Shown: piece by piece, positions 29,152 to 38,550 of the stretch
Layout of the letters: each line of letters begins with the position of its first letter
Numbering within the stretch: the first letter of the stretch is position 1
Origin: Lacunisphaera sp.
GTDB taxonomy: Bacteria > Verrucomicrobiota > Verrucomicrobiia > Opitutales > Opitutaceae
Assembly: GCA_035260745.1 (NCBI GenBank)
Contig: DATFUQ010000054.1
Location: 1-40,334, forward strand
DNA length: 40,334 nt
Reading direction: 5' to 3'
Position numbers and translations under genes: made by a program
The notes under the pieces: generated by a model
The model's input: the letters and a program-made list of their open reading frames with translations, nothing else
Databases searched by the model: none
Told to the model about the DNA's origin: nothing

Positions 29152-30237
29152 TCAGGCCTTGGTCAGCTCGCGGAAGAGATTCAGGTGCGCCTGCACCTGG
29201 TGCTCGGGCACGAAATGGGACTGGGCGTGCTGCCGCCCGTGATCGGAGAAGCGCTTCCGCAGGGCGGGCTCGCGGATGAGCCGGTCGAGTGCCGCGAGAA
29301 AGCCGTTCTGGTCATGGTTGGCGATGAGGCAGCCGGAGCGATCGGGCGCGAAGCATTCGCCGACGCCCACGATATCGTAGGCGACAGCTGGCAGGCCGTG
29401 CAATTGGGACTCAATGAGGAAATTCGAGAGCGACTCGCTCTGCGAGGCCAGGAGGGCGAGATCAGCCGCATGGTAGAGCGACGTGGGCTCGGGTTGGTAG
29501 CCAAGGAATTTCACGCGCGAGCCGAGCCCGAGGTCGTGGGCGAGGCGCTCGCATTTTTTCCGGGCCGGACCCTCGCCCGCGAGCCAGAGCTGCCAGTCGA
29601 CGTAGCCGGGCAGGCGCGCACAGATCTCGATGAGCTCGCGCTGGTTTTTCTCCGGCCGGAACATCGCCACGTTGAGCAGGACCACGGTGCCCTGGGTGGC
29701 GCCGTGGTAACGGCGCAGGGTCTGGTTGCGCGGGGCGGTGTCGTCGGTGAAGCGCAGCACGGGGTTGTGGATGACCGTGATCTTGTGCGCGGGGATGTCA
29801 TACACGTCGGCGAGCACGCGCTTGGCGACGTGGCTGTTGGCCACGACATGCTGGCACCGGCGCAGCGAGCGGACGAAGAGCGCGGGCAGCAGCTTGCCGG
29901 TGCGCATGGTGCAGATGATGGCGGCGCGGGGCAGCCGGCCCGCGATGAAGCTGGCGTAGCAGTTCGCCATGCGGCCCATGCACAGCACGAGGTCCGGGGC
30001 GGCCTCCTCCGCCGCCCGCAGGAGGCCGGGGGCGAACCAGTCGAGGCCGGTGTCGAACGGCTGCAGCGAGCGGAAGGCGAAGGGCTGCTGCTCGCCGTCG
30101 AGCGCCAGCACGCCGCGCGGGCGGAAGGTGAGGAGGGTGATCTCATGCCCCGCCCGGGCGAACGCCGTGGCCATGAAGACGGACTGGCGCTCGGTGCCGC
30201 CGCTGCGGAGGTAGTCCTGGACGATGAGAATTTTCAT
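29152..30237 (-). CDS. Glycosyltransferase family 4 (GT-B)
   Basis: SGGTERQ, IHNP, EKNQ, LAGEGP, SESLSNFLIE (EX7E), AYDIVGVGE. Confidence 0.9.
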   Translation of the reverse strand: MKILIVQDYLRSGGTERQSVFMATAFARAGHEITLLTFRPRGVLALDGEQQPFAFRSLQPFDTGLDWFAPGLLRAAEEAAPDLVLCMGRMANCYASFIAGRLPRAAIICTMRTGKLLPALFVRSLRRCQHVVANSHVAKRVLADVYDIPAHKITVIHNPVLRFTDDTAPRNQTLRRYHGATQGTVVLLNVAMFRPEKNQRELIEICARLPGYVDWQLWLAGEGPARKKCERLAHDLGLGSRVKFLGYQPEPTSLYHAADLALLASQSESLSNFLIESQLHGLPAVAYDIVGVGECFAPDRSGCLIANHDQNGFLAALDRLIREPALRKRFSDHGRQHAQSHFVPEHQVQAHLNLFRELTKA

Positions 30238-30279
30238 TGCTCCGCGGGGGGCCGCGGCAAAGGTTAAGGCCATCATTCA

Positions 30280-30687
30280 ATGAACAACGGATTCGTCAAT
30301 CTGCTGGTGCGGTGGGCGGTGCTGGCCCTCGGCGTGGTGCTGAGCACCGTGCTCGTGCCCGGCATCAGCTACGACACCGGCCTGACCCTTTTTCTCGTGG
30401 TGGTGCTGCTGAGTTTTTTCAACACGGTGCTGAAGCCGCTGCTGCTGCTCTTCACCCTGCCGTTCATCGTCCTGACCCTCGGGATCGGCATCTGGCTGAT
30501 CAACGCCGTGCTGTTCTACTTCGTGGGGCGGCTGGTGGCCGGATTCCACGTGGCGGGTTTCGGCTCGGCCCTGTTCGGCGCGTTGATCGTCAGCGTGACG
30601 AATATCGTGATGAGCCGGGTGCTAGCGCCGCCCCGGCCGCCGGCGGCCACGCGGCCGGCGAAGCGGGATGATGTGATCGATATCTAG
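30280..30687 (+). CDS. Phage-holin-family (YvlD/DUF360-like) 4-TM membrane protein
   Basis: FNTVLKPLLLLFTLPFIVLTLG...INAVL...GFHVAGFGSALFGALIVS; C-terminal DVIDI. Confidence 0.88.
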   Translation: MNNGFVNLLVRWAVLALGVVLSTVLVPGISYDTGLTLFLVVVLLSFFNTVLKPLLLLFTLPFIVLTLGIGIWLINAVLFYFVGRLVAGFHVAGFGSALFGALIVSVTNIVMSRVLAPPRPPAATRPAKRDDVIDI

Positions 30688-30698
30688 GCGGGCTTTTG

Positions 30699-30803
30699 AT
30701 TGAACCACGAAGTTCACGAAGGACACGAAGTGGGGAGGCGGGGAGCGAGGGATGCACTAATCTCATGACCTTGGAATTGGGCTTCGTGCCCTTCGTGGTT
30801 AAT
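30699..30803. repeat. Tandem-inverted repeat, 9-bp period (CACGAAGNN arms)
   Basis: aaccacgaagttcacgaaggacacgaag ... cttcgtgcccttcgtggtt; same family as 10655-10729 with an unrelated spacer. Confidence 0.88.
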
Positions 30804-30868
30804 TATCCCAGTTTCAATTTGACGAAGTCGCGGGCTGGAGTGACTTTGCCCGCTCACAGATTCCAACC

Positions 30869-32263
30869 ATGGCAGACGAAATTTACGACTTGGTGGTGAT
30901 TGGCGGCGGCCCGGCGGGCTACGCCGGGGCGATCCGCGCCGGCCAGCTGGGAAAGAAGGTCGCCTGCATCGAGCTCGAGCGCGCCGGCGGCACCTGCCTC
31001 AACTGGGGCTGCATCCCGACCAAGGCGCTGCTCAAGAGCGCGGAGCTCTACCGCACCTTCCAGAAGGCCGAGTTCTACGGCTTCAGCGTGTCGGGCCTGA
31101 GCTTCGACTTCGAGAAGGTCATGCAGCGCTCCCGCGGCGTCTCGGCCCAGATGTCCAAGGGCATCGAGTTCCTCTTCAAGAAGAACAAGGTGGATTACTT
31201 CATCGGCAAGGGGCAGGTCACCATCCCCGGCATGGTCGAGATCACCGAGGGGGAGCATAAGGGGAAATTTTTCCGCACAAAAAACATCCTGCTCGCCACC
31301 GGCCAGAAGCCGAAGGCCCTGCCCGGCCTGCCGGTCGACGGCGTGCGCGTGCAGACCTCGCGCGAGGCGCTCGTGCCAAAGGCACTGCCGAAATCCATGG
31401 TGATCATCGGCGCCGGCGCCATCGGCGTGGAGTTCGCTTATTTCTTCAACGCCTTCGGCTGCAAGGTGACGCTCGTCGAGATGCTCCCGCAGATCCTGCC
31501 GGTCGAGGACGAGGACGTGGCGAAGGCGCTGGAGCGCAGCTTTGCCAAGCAGGGGATCACCGTGCACACGAACACCAAGAGCGAAAACATCAAGGTCGGC
31601 GCCAAGTCGGTGAAGCTCGACCTGGTGAAGGATGGCGCCAGGACCGAGGTCGAGGCCGAGAGCGTGCTCGTCGCCATCGGCATCACTTCCGCGCTCGATG
31701 GCCTGCTCTCGACCAAGGTGAAGCTGGACCTCGACCGCGGCTTCGTGAAGGTCGGCGCCGATTACTCGACCAGCACGCCCGGCATCTACGCCGCGGGCGA
31801 CATCCAGGGCCCGCCATGGCTGGCGCATGTCGCCACCTTCCGCGCGGTCCAGGCCGTCAACGGCATGTTCGGCCACAGCCAGCCGAAGCAGGTCGGCAAT
31901 TTCCCGGGGTGCACCTACTGCCAGCCGCAGGTGGCCAGCACCGGCCTGACGGAGAAGGCCTGCAAGGAAAAGAAGCTCGACTACAAGATCGGCAAGTTCC
32001 CGTTCACCGCGTCCGGCAAGGCCGTGGCGTCGGGCGACTCCGAGGGCTTTGTGAAGGTCATCAGCGACGCCAAGACGGGAGAAATCCTCGGGGTGCACAT
32101 CCTCGGCAACGAGGCGACCGAGTTGATCGCCGAGTATGGCCTGGCGATGAACCTCGAGGCGACGGTCGAGGACATCCACCACACGATCCACGCCCACCCG
32201 ACGCTGTCGGAGGCGAACATGGAAGCGGCCGCCGCGACGACCAACGAGGCGATTCACATCTGA
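30869..32263 (+). CDS. lpdA: Dihydrolipoyl dehydrogenase (E3)
   Basis: GGGPAGY, GGTCLNWGCIPTK, GAGAIGVE, HAHPTLSE. Confidence 0.97.
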   Translation: MADEIYDLVVIGGGPAGYAGAIRAGQLGKKVACIELERAGGTCLNWGCIPTKALLKSAELYRTFQKAEFYGFSVSGLSFDFEKVMQRSRGVSAQMSKGIEFLFKKNKVDYFIGKGQVTIPGMVEITEGEHKGKFFRTKNILLATGQKPKALPGLPVDGVRVQTSREALVPKALPKSMVIIGAGAIGVEFAYFFNAFGCKVTLVEMLPQILPVEDEDVAKALERSFAKQGITVHTNTKSENIKVGAKSVKLDLVKDGARTEVEAESVLVAIGITSALDGLLSTKVKLDLDRGFVKVGADYSTSTPGIYAAGDIQGPPWLAHVATFRAVQAVNGMFGHSQPKQVGNFPGCTYCQPQVASTGLTEKACKEKKLDYKIGKFPFTASGKAVASGDSEGFVKVISDAKTGEILGVHILGNEATELIAEYGLAMNLEATVEDIHHTIHAHPTLSEANMEAAAATTNEAIHI

Positions 32264-32382
32264 GCGGTGGTTTTTCACCGGCGGACGGGTAAAGACCGGC
32301 GGGGCGGGCCGGGTGTTGGCGCTTGCGCCCGGGCAATAGAGGTGGATACTCTGCCGCCCCCGTCAGGCTAGCCTGATTTCGC

Positions 32383-32790
32383 ATGATAAACCGCGCCACC
32401 CCACTCAGGATTCTGCTGGTTGACGATGAAACCTATATGCGGGTTTTCGTCGGCCGGGTGCTGGGCACGGCCATCAATTGCACGGTGGTTGAGGCGCGTG
32501 ACGGGCAGGATGCCATCGCCCAGTGCGGGACGAGCGACCCGGAATTGATCATCCTCGACATCAACATGCCCCGCGTGGACGGAGTGAAGGCCCTGGGCGA
32601 GATCCGCGCCCTCAAGCCGGACACGCCCATCGTCATGCTCACCTCGATTTCGGAGGAGGCGGTGGTCGAGGAATGCGTGGCCAAGGGCGCCTCGTATTTC
32701 ATCCGGAAGGATGTCCGGGCGGACCTGCTGATGGCCGAATTGAAGGAGATGCTGCGGCAATTTTTCCCTGACGAACCAAAAACCCCATGA
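32383..32790 (+). CDS. Single-domain response regulator (CheY-like receiver)
   Basis: ILLVDDE, ILDINMPRVDG, VMLTS, GASYFIRK; no output domain. Confidence 0.92.
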   Translation: MINRATPLRILLVDDETYMRVFVGRVLGTAINCTVVEARDGQDAIAQCGTSDPELIILDINMPRVDGVKALGEIRALKPDTPIVMLTSISEEAVVEECVAKGASYFIRKDVRADLLMAELKEMLRQFFPDEPKTP

Positions 32791-32984
32791 GCACACCCCA
32801 ACCCCCCAAGCTTCCCTCCCTGGCGGATTATCTGGTGCGCTACGACCTGAAGACCATCCTGGAGGAGGCCAGGCTGGATTACAACCAGGCGTCGTCCGGC
32901 ACGCCCCGCCTGCTGAACCAGAAGGATATTGCCGCCCGTTTCCGCGCCGGGCCGCGTCACCCGGACAAGAAGCCCAATGAGTAA
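32787..32984 (+). CDS. Small hypothetical protein (65 aa)
   Basis: ATGA overlap with the upstream gene and 8-bp overlap with the downstream ATPase; host-like codon usage. Confidence 0.7.
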   Translation: MSTPQPPKLPSLADYLVRYDLKTILEEARLDYNQASSGTPRLLNQKDIAARFRAGPRHPDKKPNE

Positions 32985-34701
32985 CGTCGAGACATTTCTC
33001 GAGTCGCTGCGGCGGCTGGTCCCGGCGCAGACCCAGGTGATCGACGCGCGGGCGGCTTTGCTCAAGGGGGAGCCGATGCGGCTGCTCAAGGACTTGATGG
33101 AGCGGTCGGTGCTGCCGAAGGCCCGCCTGTGCCAGTTGTGGGCCGACACCCTCGGGGTGGCCTACGTCAATCCCACGACCGTGGCCATTCCGACCGATGG
33201 TTTTGAGCAACTGCCGGTGGACATCGCACGGCGGGTGGGGGCCATCGTGCTCAATTCGCTCGGCGACACCGTGACCGTGGCGCTGGCTGATCCCGTCAAC
33301 GCCCGGCAGATCGAGTCCCTGGCCAAGATCCTGGGCAAGCAGATCAGCCCCGTCTTCGCGCACCCCGACGAGATCACCACCGTGATCGACATGTATCTCG
33401 GGGCCGAGGGCAACATCGCCGCCAACCTGCAGAGCGTGTGCGACCAGCTGCCCGGCATGATCGGGGCACGGGAGATCAAGACGGCCGCCGACGTCGCCGA
33501 CCTCGTCGAGTCCAAGGCGGTGATCGAACTGCTCAACAGCATCATCCTGACCGCCTACCGGCGCCGGGCCTCCGACATCCATTTTGAAACGCGGGCCGAG
33601 GACAGCCGGGTGCGGATGCGCATCGACGGCGACATGCAGGTGGTCATGGAGCTGCCCCGCGCCGTGCATGTGACCCTGGTCGTGCGCATCAAGGTGCTCT
33701 GCCAGCTCGACCTCTCGCAAAGCCGGATGCCGCAGGACGGGGCGTTTGAGCTCAACTTTGGCACGCTCAACACCGCCTTCCGCGTCTCCACACTGCCCAG
33801 CCTTTACGGGGAAAAGGCGGTGCTGCGCGTCCTCGGCTCGCCACTCGACCAGTCCATGCTGAGCCTGGACAACCTCGGCTTCCCGCGCTCGACGCTCGAC
33901 GCCATCAAGCGCGTGGTGGCGCGCCCCAACGGCATCCTCATCGTCTGCGGCCCGACGGGCAGCGGCAAGACCACCACGCTTTACGGCTGCATCAACGAGC
34001 TCAACCGCCCCGACCTCAACATCACCACGATCGAGGACCCGGTGGAATACCGGCTGCCCGACATCACGCAGCACCAGGTCAACGCGGGCATCGGGCTGAC
34101 GTTCGCCCGGGTGCTCCGCAGCATCATGCGGCAGGATCCCGATGTCATCCTCATCGGCGAAATCCGCGACCTGGAGACCGCGCTCATCGCCACCGAGGCG
34201 GCGCTGACCGGGCATTTCGTGCTCACGACCCTGCACACCAACAACGCCCTGCAGGCCGTCACCCGGCTGGTCGAGATCGGCGTCGATCCCTACCTCGTGG
34301 CGCCGACCACGATGGGCGTGCTTTCGCAACGGCTGGTCCGCCGCATCTGCTCGTCGTGCAAGGAGCAATACCAGGCGACGGAGAAGGAGTTGTCCGAGTA
34401 TTTCACCGGCTACGAAGGCGTGCCCGTCACGCTTTTCCGCGGCCGCGGCTGCCCCAAGTGCTTCGGCTCCGGTTACAGCGGGCGCGTCGGCATCTATGAA
34501 TTTGTGGAGGTTTCGGAGAAGATGCGCGAGCTCATCACCGAGAAGCAGAGCGTGGCGCTGCTGATCGAGGAGGCCAAGCGCGTCGGCCACCGTTCGCTGC
34601 GGCATGACGGCCTGAAGAAGGCGCTCATCGGGTGGACCAGCCTGGAAGAAGTGGAGCGCAGCACGCTGCCCGACGTGGGCTTCATGCCGGTGGAGGAGTG
34701 A
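32977..34701 (+). CDS. GspE/PulE/PilB family assembly ATPase
   Basis: ASDIHFE, RMPQDG, GPTGSGKTTT, TIEDPVEY, RQDPDVILIGEIRD, TLHTN, CSSC..CPKC. Confidence 0.95.
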   Translation: MSNVETFLESLRRLVPAQTQVIDARAALLKGEPMRLLKDLMERSVLPKARLCQLWADTLGVAYVNPTTVAIPTDGFEQLPVDIARRVGAIVLNSLGDTVTVALADPVNARQIESLAKILGKQISPVFAHPDEITTVIDMYLGAEGNIAANLQSVCDQLPGMIGAREIKTAADVADLVESKAVIELLNSIILTAYRRRASDIHFETRAEDSRVRMRIDGDMQVVMELPRAVHVTLVVRIKVLCQLDLSQSRMPQDGAFELNFGTLNTAFRVSTLPSLYGEKAVLRVLGSPLDQSMLSLDNLGFPRSTLDAIKRVVARPNGILIVCGPTGSGKTTTLYGCINELNRPDLNITTIEDPVEYRLPDITQHQVNAGIGLTFARVLRSIMRQDPDVILIGEIRDLETALIATEAALTGHFVLTTLHTNNALQAVTRLVEIGVDPYLVAPTTMGVLSQRLVRRICSSCKEQYQATEKELSEYFTGYEGVPVTLFRGRGCPKCFGSGYSGRVGIYEFVEVSEKMRELITEKQSVALLIEEAKRVGHRSLRHDGLKKALIGWTSLEEVERSTLPDVGFMPVEE

Positions 34702-34716
34702 GTCCGCCGTCGAGCC

Positions 34717-35232
34717 ATGAGTCCCCCGCGGCAAAGTTTCCGGACGATGGAACGGGGGCGGGGCCGGCCCCGCTCCCGCGGTTTCACGCTGGTGGAGGTG
34801 ATGCTCGTCCTGCTCATCCTCGGGCTTGCCGGGGCGCTGCTGTTCACCGGGCTGGGCCGGGTCCGGCGCGGGCAGCGCGCCGGGCGTTTCATCGCCGACC
34901 TGCAGGTGTTTTCCGCCGCCTTTCAGGCCTACCACGAACAACACCATGCCTGGCCTCCGTCCACCAACGGGGAGGTGACTGTGCCGCGCGGGATGGAGAA
35001 CATCCTCGGGGAGACCAACTGGGCCGGCGGTTCGCCTTTTGGCGGCAACTATGGCTGGGACGGCCGCGGCCTGGTGGTGCTGACGGCCTTTTCTCCGAGC
35101 TTCCCGCTGGAACTCACCCGGGCCGATCTGCTCGAGTTCGACCGCCGGATTGACGACGGCGATCTTTCGACCGGCCGCTTTCGCACCGGTTTCAATGGCT
35201 GGCCGGTTTACCAGGTCGGGGACAAGCCGTGA
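34717..35232 (+). CDS. Type II secretion pseudopilin / type IV pilin-like protein
   Basis: Prepilin site RSRG|FTLVEVMLVLLILG; SPFGGNYGW and FDRRIDDGDLSTGRF C-terminal motifs. Confidence 0.85.
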   Translation: MSPPRQSFRTMERGRGRPRSRGFTLVEVMLVLLILGLAGALLFTGLGRVRRGQRAGRFIADLQVFSAAFQAYHEQHHAWPPSTNGEVTVPRGMENILGETNWAGGSPFGGNYGWDGRGLVVLTAFSPSFPLELTRADLLEFDRRIDDGDLSTGRFRTGFNGWPVYQVGDKP

Positions 35233-35238
35233 ACTCCG

Positions 35239-36027
35239 ATGTATAACGTCATCCTCGTCAACCTGGCGGCCGACGCCCGGTCGGTCGCCGCCCATTCGCA
35301 TGTCGAGCAGCGCGATGTGGGGAACGATGCGCTCCGGACCCTGCTGGCGAATTTTTGTGAGATCGATCCGATCGAGAACGCCGCCGCGGAAGCCGAGATC
35401 AGGGTGCAGGTCCGGCACGAAAGCTACTTGATCCGCACCGGGCAGAAGAAACTGATTATTTACGATACGCGCAATCGCGAGCTCCCGGGGCAGATCTTCA
35501 CCGTCGAACAGGTGATGAATGAGCTGGATGGGTCCGCCGCCACCGCCCGCAACGAGGCCATCATGCTGGCCCGCGCCGAGGCCGATCCCGGGGAGACGGC
35601 GACGATGGTGCCGGTCGTGGCGCTGCCCGCCGCCAACAAGTCGCGGCTGGCGGGTTTGGTGATCATGGCGGGCGTGCTGCTGGGCGCGATTCTCTACCTG
35701 ACCGCGCCGTTTGCGGCCGAAGCCCTCCCGGCTGAATTCACCGCGGTCGAGAACACGGAGGTGGCCGGGCTGCAGGCCTCGCTGGCGGGGGTTTATCTCA
35801 CCGGGAACGAACCCGGCCAGCACGGGATCGTGGTGACCGGCCCGGGTGAACTGAAATTGTTTGAGCTGGACGCGGTGGAGGCGCCGCGGGTCGTCTACGC
35901 GGGCTATAAACTGGGCCGGGTGGGCCCGAAGCTCTGCCTGGCGACGGACCAGCCGGGAGGAATAATTGAAGTCACCGCCGAAGGCGCCCTGCTTTACTGC
36001 GGCGAACTCTACCAGCGCATTCCCTAG
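35239..36027 (+). CDS. Hypothetical bitopic membrane protein
   Basis: Central hydrophobic helix LAGLVIMAGVLLGAILYL; 6 bp after the pilin gene. Confidence 0.7.
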   Translation: MYNVILVNLAADARSVAAHSHVEQRDVGNDALRTLLANFCEIDPIENAAAEAEIRVQVRHESYLIRTGQKKLIIYDTRNRELPGQIFTVEQVMNELDGSAATARNEAIMLARAEADPGETATMVPVVALPAANKSRLAGLVIMAGVLLGAILYLTAPFAAEALPAEFTAVENTEVAGLQASLAGVYLTGNEPGQHGIVVTGPGELKLFELDAVEAPRVVYAGYKLGRVGPKLCLATDQPGGIIEVTAEGALLYCGELYQRIP

Positions 36028-36048
36028 AGCCTGTCTTCAAAATCAATC

Positions 36049-36618
36049 ATGCATGATGACTGTCATTCTGAGCGAAGCGAAGAATCCACGGCAGCGAGCG
36101 TGGTGCCAAGTTCGGACGCATGGATCCTTCGCTGCGCTCAGGATGACAATGCAACTATAGATGATGTTCCCCGCTGCGCCTTCAGGCATTTCCTGATTCC
36201 ACGGCTCACCCGCGCTTTCACCATCGTGGAGGTGACGATGGCGGTGTTCATTCTCGCCCTCGCGCTCACCACGTCGCTCGCGGCGCTGCAGCGCGCGTTC
36301 CTGCAACTCGACACGGCGCGCAACCTGGAGATTGCCGCCAACATGCTGCAATGTGAAATGGAAAAGGAGCGCCTCTTCACCTGGGCGCAGGCCAGCAACG
36401 CCAGTTACGCGCCGGTGATCGACCCCAGCTTCGCGCGCAACCCGGCGATCGGCGGCCGCTTCACCCTGTCGCGTGCGCTGGCTTCCGTGCATTCCGGGCA
36501 GGTGGTGCAAATCACGCTTACCGTCACCTGGCACGGCTACGACGGCCGGAGCCTGGCGCGCAGTTATACCAGCTATTACACCCAGGGGGGACTTTATGCC
36601 TATTTCTACCGCCCGTAA
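36049..36618 (+). CDS. PilV/GspI-like minor pilin (start uncertain; leader appears to include a palindromic repeat)
   Basis: TRA|FTIVEVTMAVFILALAL; C-terminal ITLTVTW; the only in-frame ATG upstream of the cleavage site is 36049. Confidence 0.75.
   Translation: MHDDCHSERSEESTAASVVPSSDAWILRCAQDDNATIDDVPRCAFRHFLIPRLTRAFTIVEVTMAVFILALALTTSLAALQRAFLQLDTARNLEIAANMLQCEMEKERLFTWAQASNASYAPVIDPSFARNPAIGGRFTLSRALASVHSGQVVQITLTVTWHGYDGRSLARSYTSYYTQGGLYAYFYRP
36061..36148. repeat. TGTC/CGTC-type palindromic element, 28-bp arms
   Basis: TGTCATTCTGAGCGAAGCGAAGAATCCA-32 nt-TGGATCCTTCGCTGCGCTCAGGATGACA (3 mismatches). Confidence 0.9.
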
Positions 36619-37177
36619 GCGGGCCGATGCGGCGCGGCGCGGCTTCACCTTGATTGAGCTGATGGTGGCCGCGGTGCTGGGGAGCCTGGTCCTGACCGGG
36701 GTGCTGGCCACCAATCTCCAACTCATGCGCAGCGGGGTGCGCGTCACGCAATACGCCGAAATGAGTTCACAGGTGCGCCGGGGGATCGAGCAGTTGGGGG
36801 GAGACCTGAAAAGCGCGAGTGCCATCACTTGGAACGGCGCCAGCGACATCACCCTCACCATTCCGACCCTGGCTGGATCCACCCGCCAGGTGACCTACGC
36901 GTGGACGAGCGCCACGCAGAGCTTTTTCATGGTGCCCGGCGCCAACAGCGCCGTGACCGCCGGCCGGGTCTACTTGGTGAATGGAATACCCACGCTGTCC
37001 GGCGGTGCCGCCGGCCTCGTCTTCGCCCGCTATGACAAGGATGGCAACGCCGCGACCACCGACGCGGCGACCAAGAAGGTGCAGGTCAGCCTGAATGCCG
37101 TCCGCACGGCCCAGACAGCTGCAAACTCCACCGATACGACCGTGTCGGCGATTTTCATCCTGAGGAACAAGCCCTGA
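36596..37177 (+). CDS. PilW/GspJ-like minor pilin
   Basis: RRG|FTLIELMVAAVLG; ends with LRN as is typical; GGGGG SD-like run before the ATG. Confidence 0.85.
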   Translation: MPISTARKRADAARRGFTLIELMVAAVLGSLVLTGVLATNLQLMRSGVRVTQYAEMSSQVRRGIEQLGGDLKSASAITWNGASDITLTIPTLAGSTRQVTYAWTSATQSFFMVPGANSAVTAGRVYLVNGIPTLSGGAAGLVFARYDKDGNAATTDAATKKVQVSLNAVRTAQTAANSTDTTVSAIFILRNKP

Positions 37178-38550
37178 TGCGCCTCCGTCCGTCAATCCCA
37201 TCCGTGGTCCGCCACCGCCGCAGCGAACGGGGCAGCATGTTGCTCACGGCCATGCTGTTCGCCATCGGGATTGGCGTGGTGCTGGGCACCTACCTCAATC
37301 TCAGCCGCACTTCGCTCAAGGTCGCCCACCGCACGTTTTTTGCCAACGATGCCGCCAATCTCGCCGAGGCCGGCGTTGAGGAGGCGCTCTACTGCTTCAA
37401 CCAGATAACCGTCGGGACGGCGCCGGCGACCGCCTGGTCGGGTTGGACGTTCTCCAGCACCAATGCGATGAAGACCCTGCCGACGTTCAACCGCGATCAG
37501 AACGCCGTCGGCGTCGTAAAGGTTTACGTCAAGGGCTACGACGGCAGCGACACCGCGCCCTACGTCATCTCCCAGGCCACGGTCACGCCGTTCGACGGCG
37601 GTGCCCCGGTCACCAAGACCATGCACGTGGCAATCAGCCTGAGCGCCGGCCCCATTTCCCACGGATTGGTGGGGCTGAACGGAGTGTCCTTCAGCGGTGG
37701 CACTTCGGCTGACAGCTATGTCTCCAACCCCACCAACAGCCCCACCGGGCCCTGGTTGGTTTACTCCAGCGCCATTGCCCGCACCAGTGCCTCGGTCGTG
37801 GTGCTGGCCGGCTCGGTCTCCGTTGGTGGCGGGCAGATCAAGGGCAACCTTTATCTGGGCACCGGGGTGACGGTGCCCAATGCGAGCAAGGTCACGGGCA
37901 CCATCACGACGAACTACTCGGCAACTTTTCCGTTTCCGACTTATCCCACGGCGGCGGGTGTCAGTCAGAGCTATAATCTCGGCTCCACCATCCCCGCGAC
38001 CCTGCCCCGCGTCGGCGATCTGCCCGCGACGGACGGCCGTTATTACTATTTCTGCGCCAGTACCTCCGTCCGCAGCTTCAGCGTCACGGCCAGCCGCAAC
38101 GTCACGATTGTCGGCACCGCCAGTGTCGACATGCCCATCACCTCAACGACGACCATCACGCTGCCGACCACCAGCACGTTGTATGTCTACCTGACCGGGG
38201 CCTTCACGCTGAGCGGAGCCGCCCTCAATGCGTCCGGTTACGCCGGCGCCCTGCAAATCTACACCACGACGACCACCGCCTGCACCGTCGGCAACAACAG
38301 CCAGTTGGTGGCCTGTTTCCACGCGCCCAATGCCGCTTTTTCCGCCTCGGGCAATGCCACCGCCAACACCCTGAACGGCCGTTTTATTGCCAACAGCATC
38401 TCAACCGGCGGCGGGCATAATTTCCATTACGATGAGTCGCTGCAAGGCACGGCCAGCACGACGACCTACACCGTAACCCGGTGGCTGGACCTACAGACCG
38501 CCGCCGACCGGGCCATGGTCGCGGGCCTGACCGGCAATTACCTGCAGTAA
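37177..38550 (+). CDS. PilX/GspK-like protein with Thr/Ser-rich, probably beta-solenoid C-terminal domain
   Basis: SERG|SMLLTAMLF (no Glu5), ANLAEAGVEEAL, C-terminal FHAPNA...FHYDESL; TGATG coupling to the upstream gene. Confidence 0.8.
   Translation: MRLRPSIPSVVRHRRSERGSMLLTAMLFAIGIGVVLGTYLNLSRTSLKVAHRTFFANDAANLAEAGVEEALYCFNQITVGTAPATAWSGWTFSSTNAMKTLPTFNRDQNAVGVVKVYVKGYDGSDTAPYVISQATVTPFDGGAPVTKTMHVAISLSAGPISHGLVGLNGVSFSGGTSADSYVSNPTNSPTGPWLVYSSAIARTSASVVVLAGSVSVGGGQIKGNLYLGTGVTVPNASKVTGTITTNYSATFPFPTYPTAAGVSQSYNLGSTIPATLPRVGDLPATDGRYYYFCASTSVRSFSVTASRNVTIVGTASVDMPITSTTTITLPTTSTLYVYLTGAFTLSGAALNASGYAGALQIYTTTTTACTVGNNSQLVACFHAPNAAFSASGNATANTLNGRFIANSISTGGGHNFHYDESLQGTASTTTYTVTRWLDLQTAADRAMVAGLTGNYLQ

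Noticed and set aside
30280-30687. Holin as evidence for a prophage
   Set aside because: This 4-TM family is commonly chromosomal; there is no endolysin or other phage gene nearby.
32368-35823. 1151-aa minus-strand ORF (also 7309-9504, 20094-21932, 16379-18109, 26611-28326, 38834-40267)
   Set aside because: Antisense shadows of well-supported genes. High-GC codon bias suppresses stops on the opposite strand, and the translations have no recognisable motifs.
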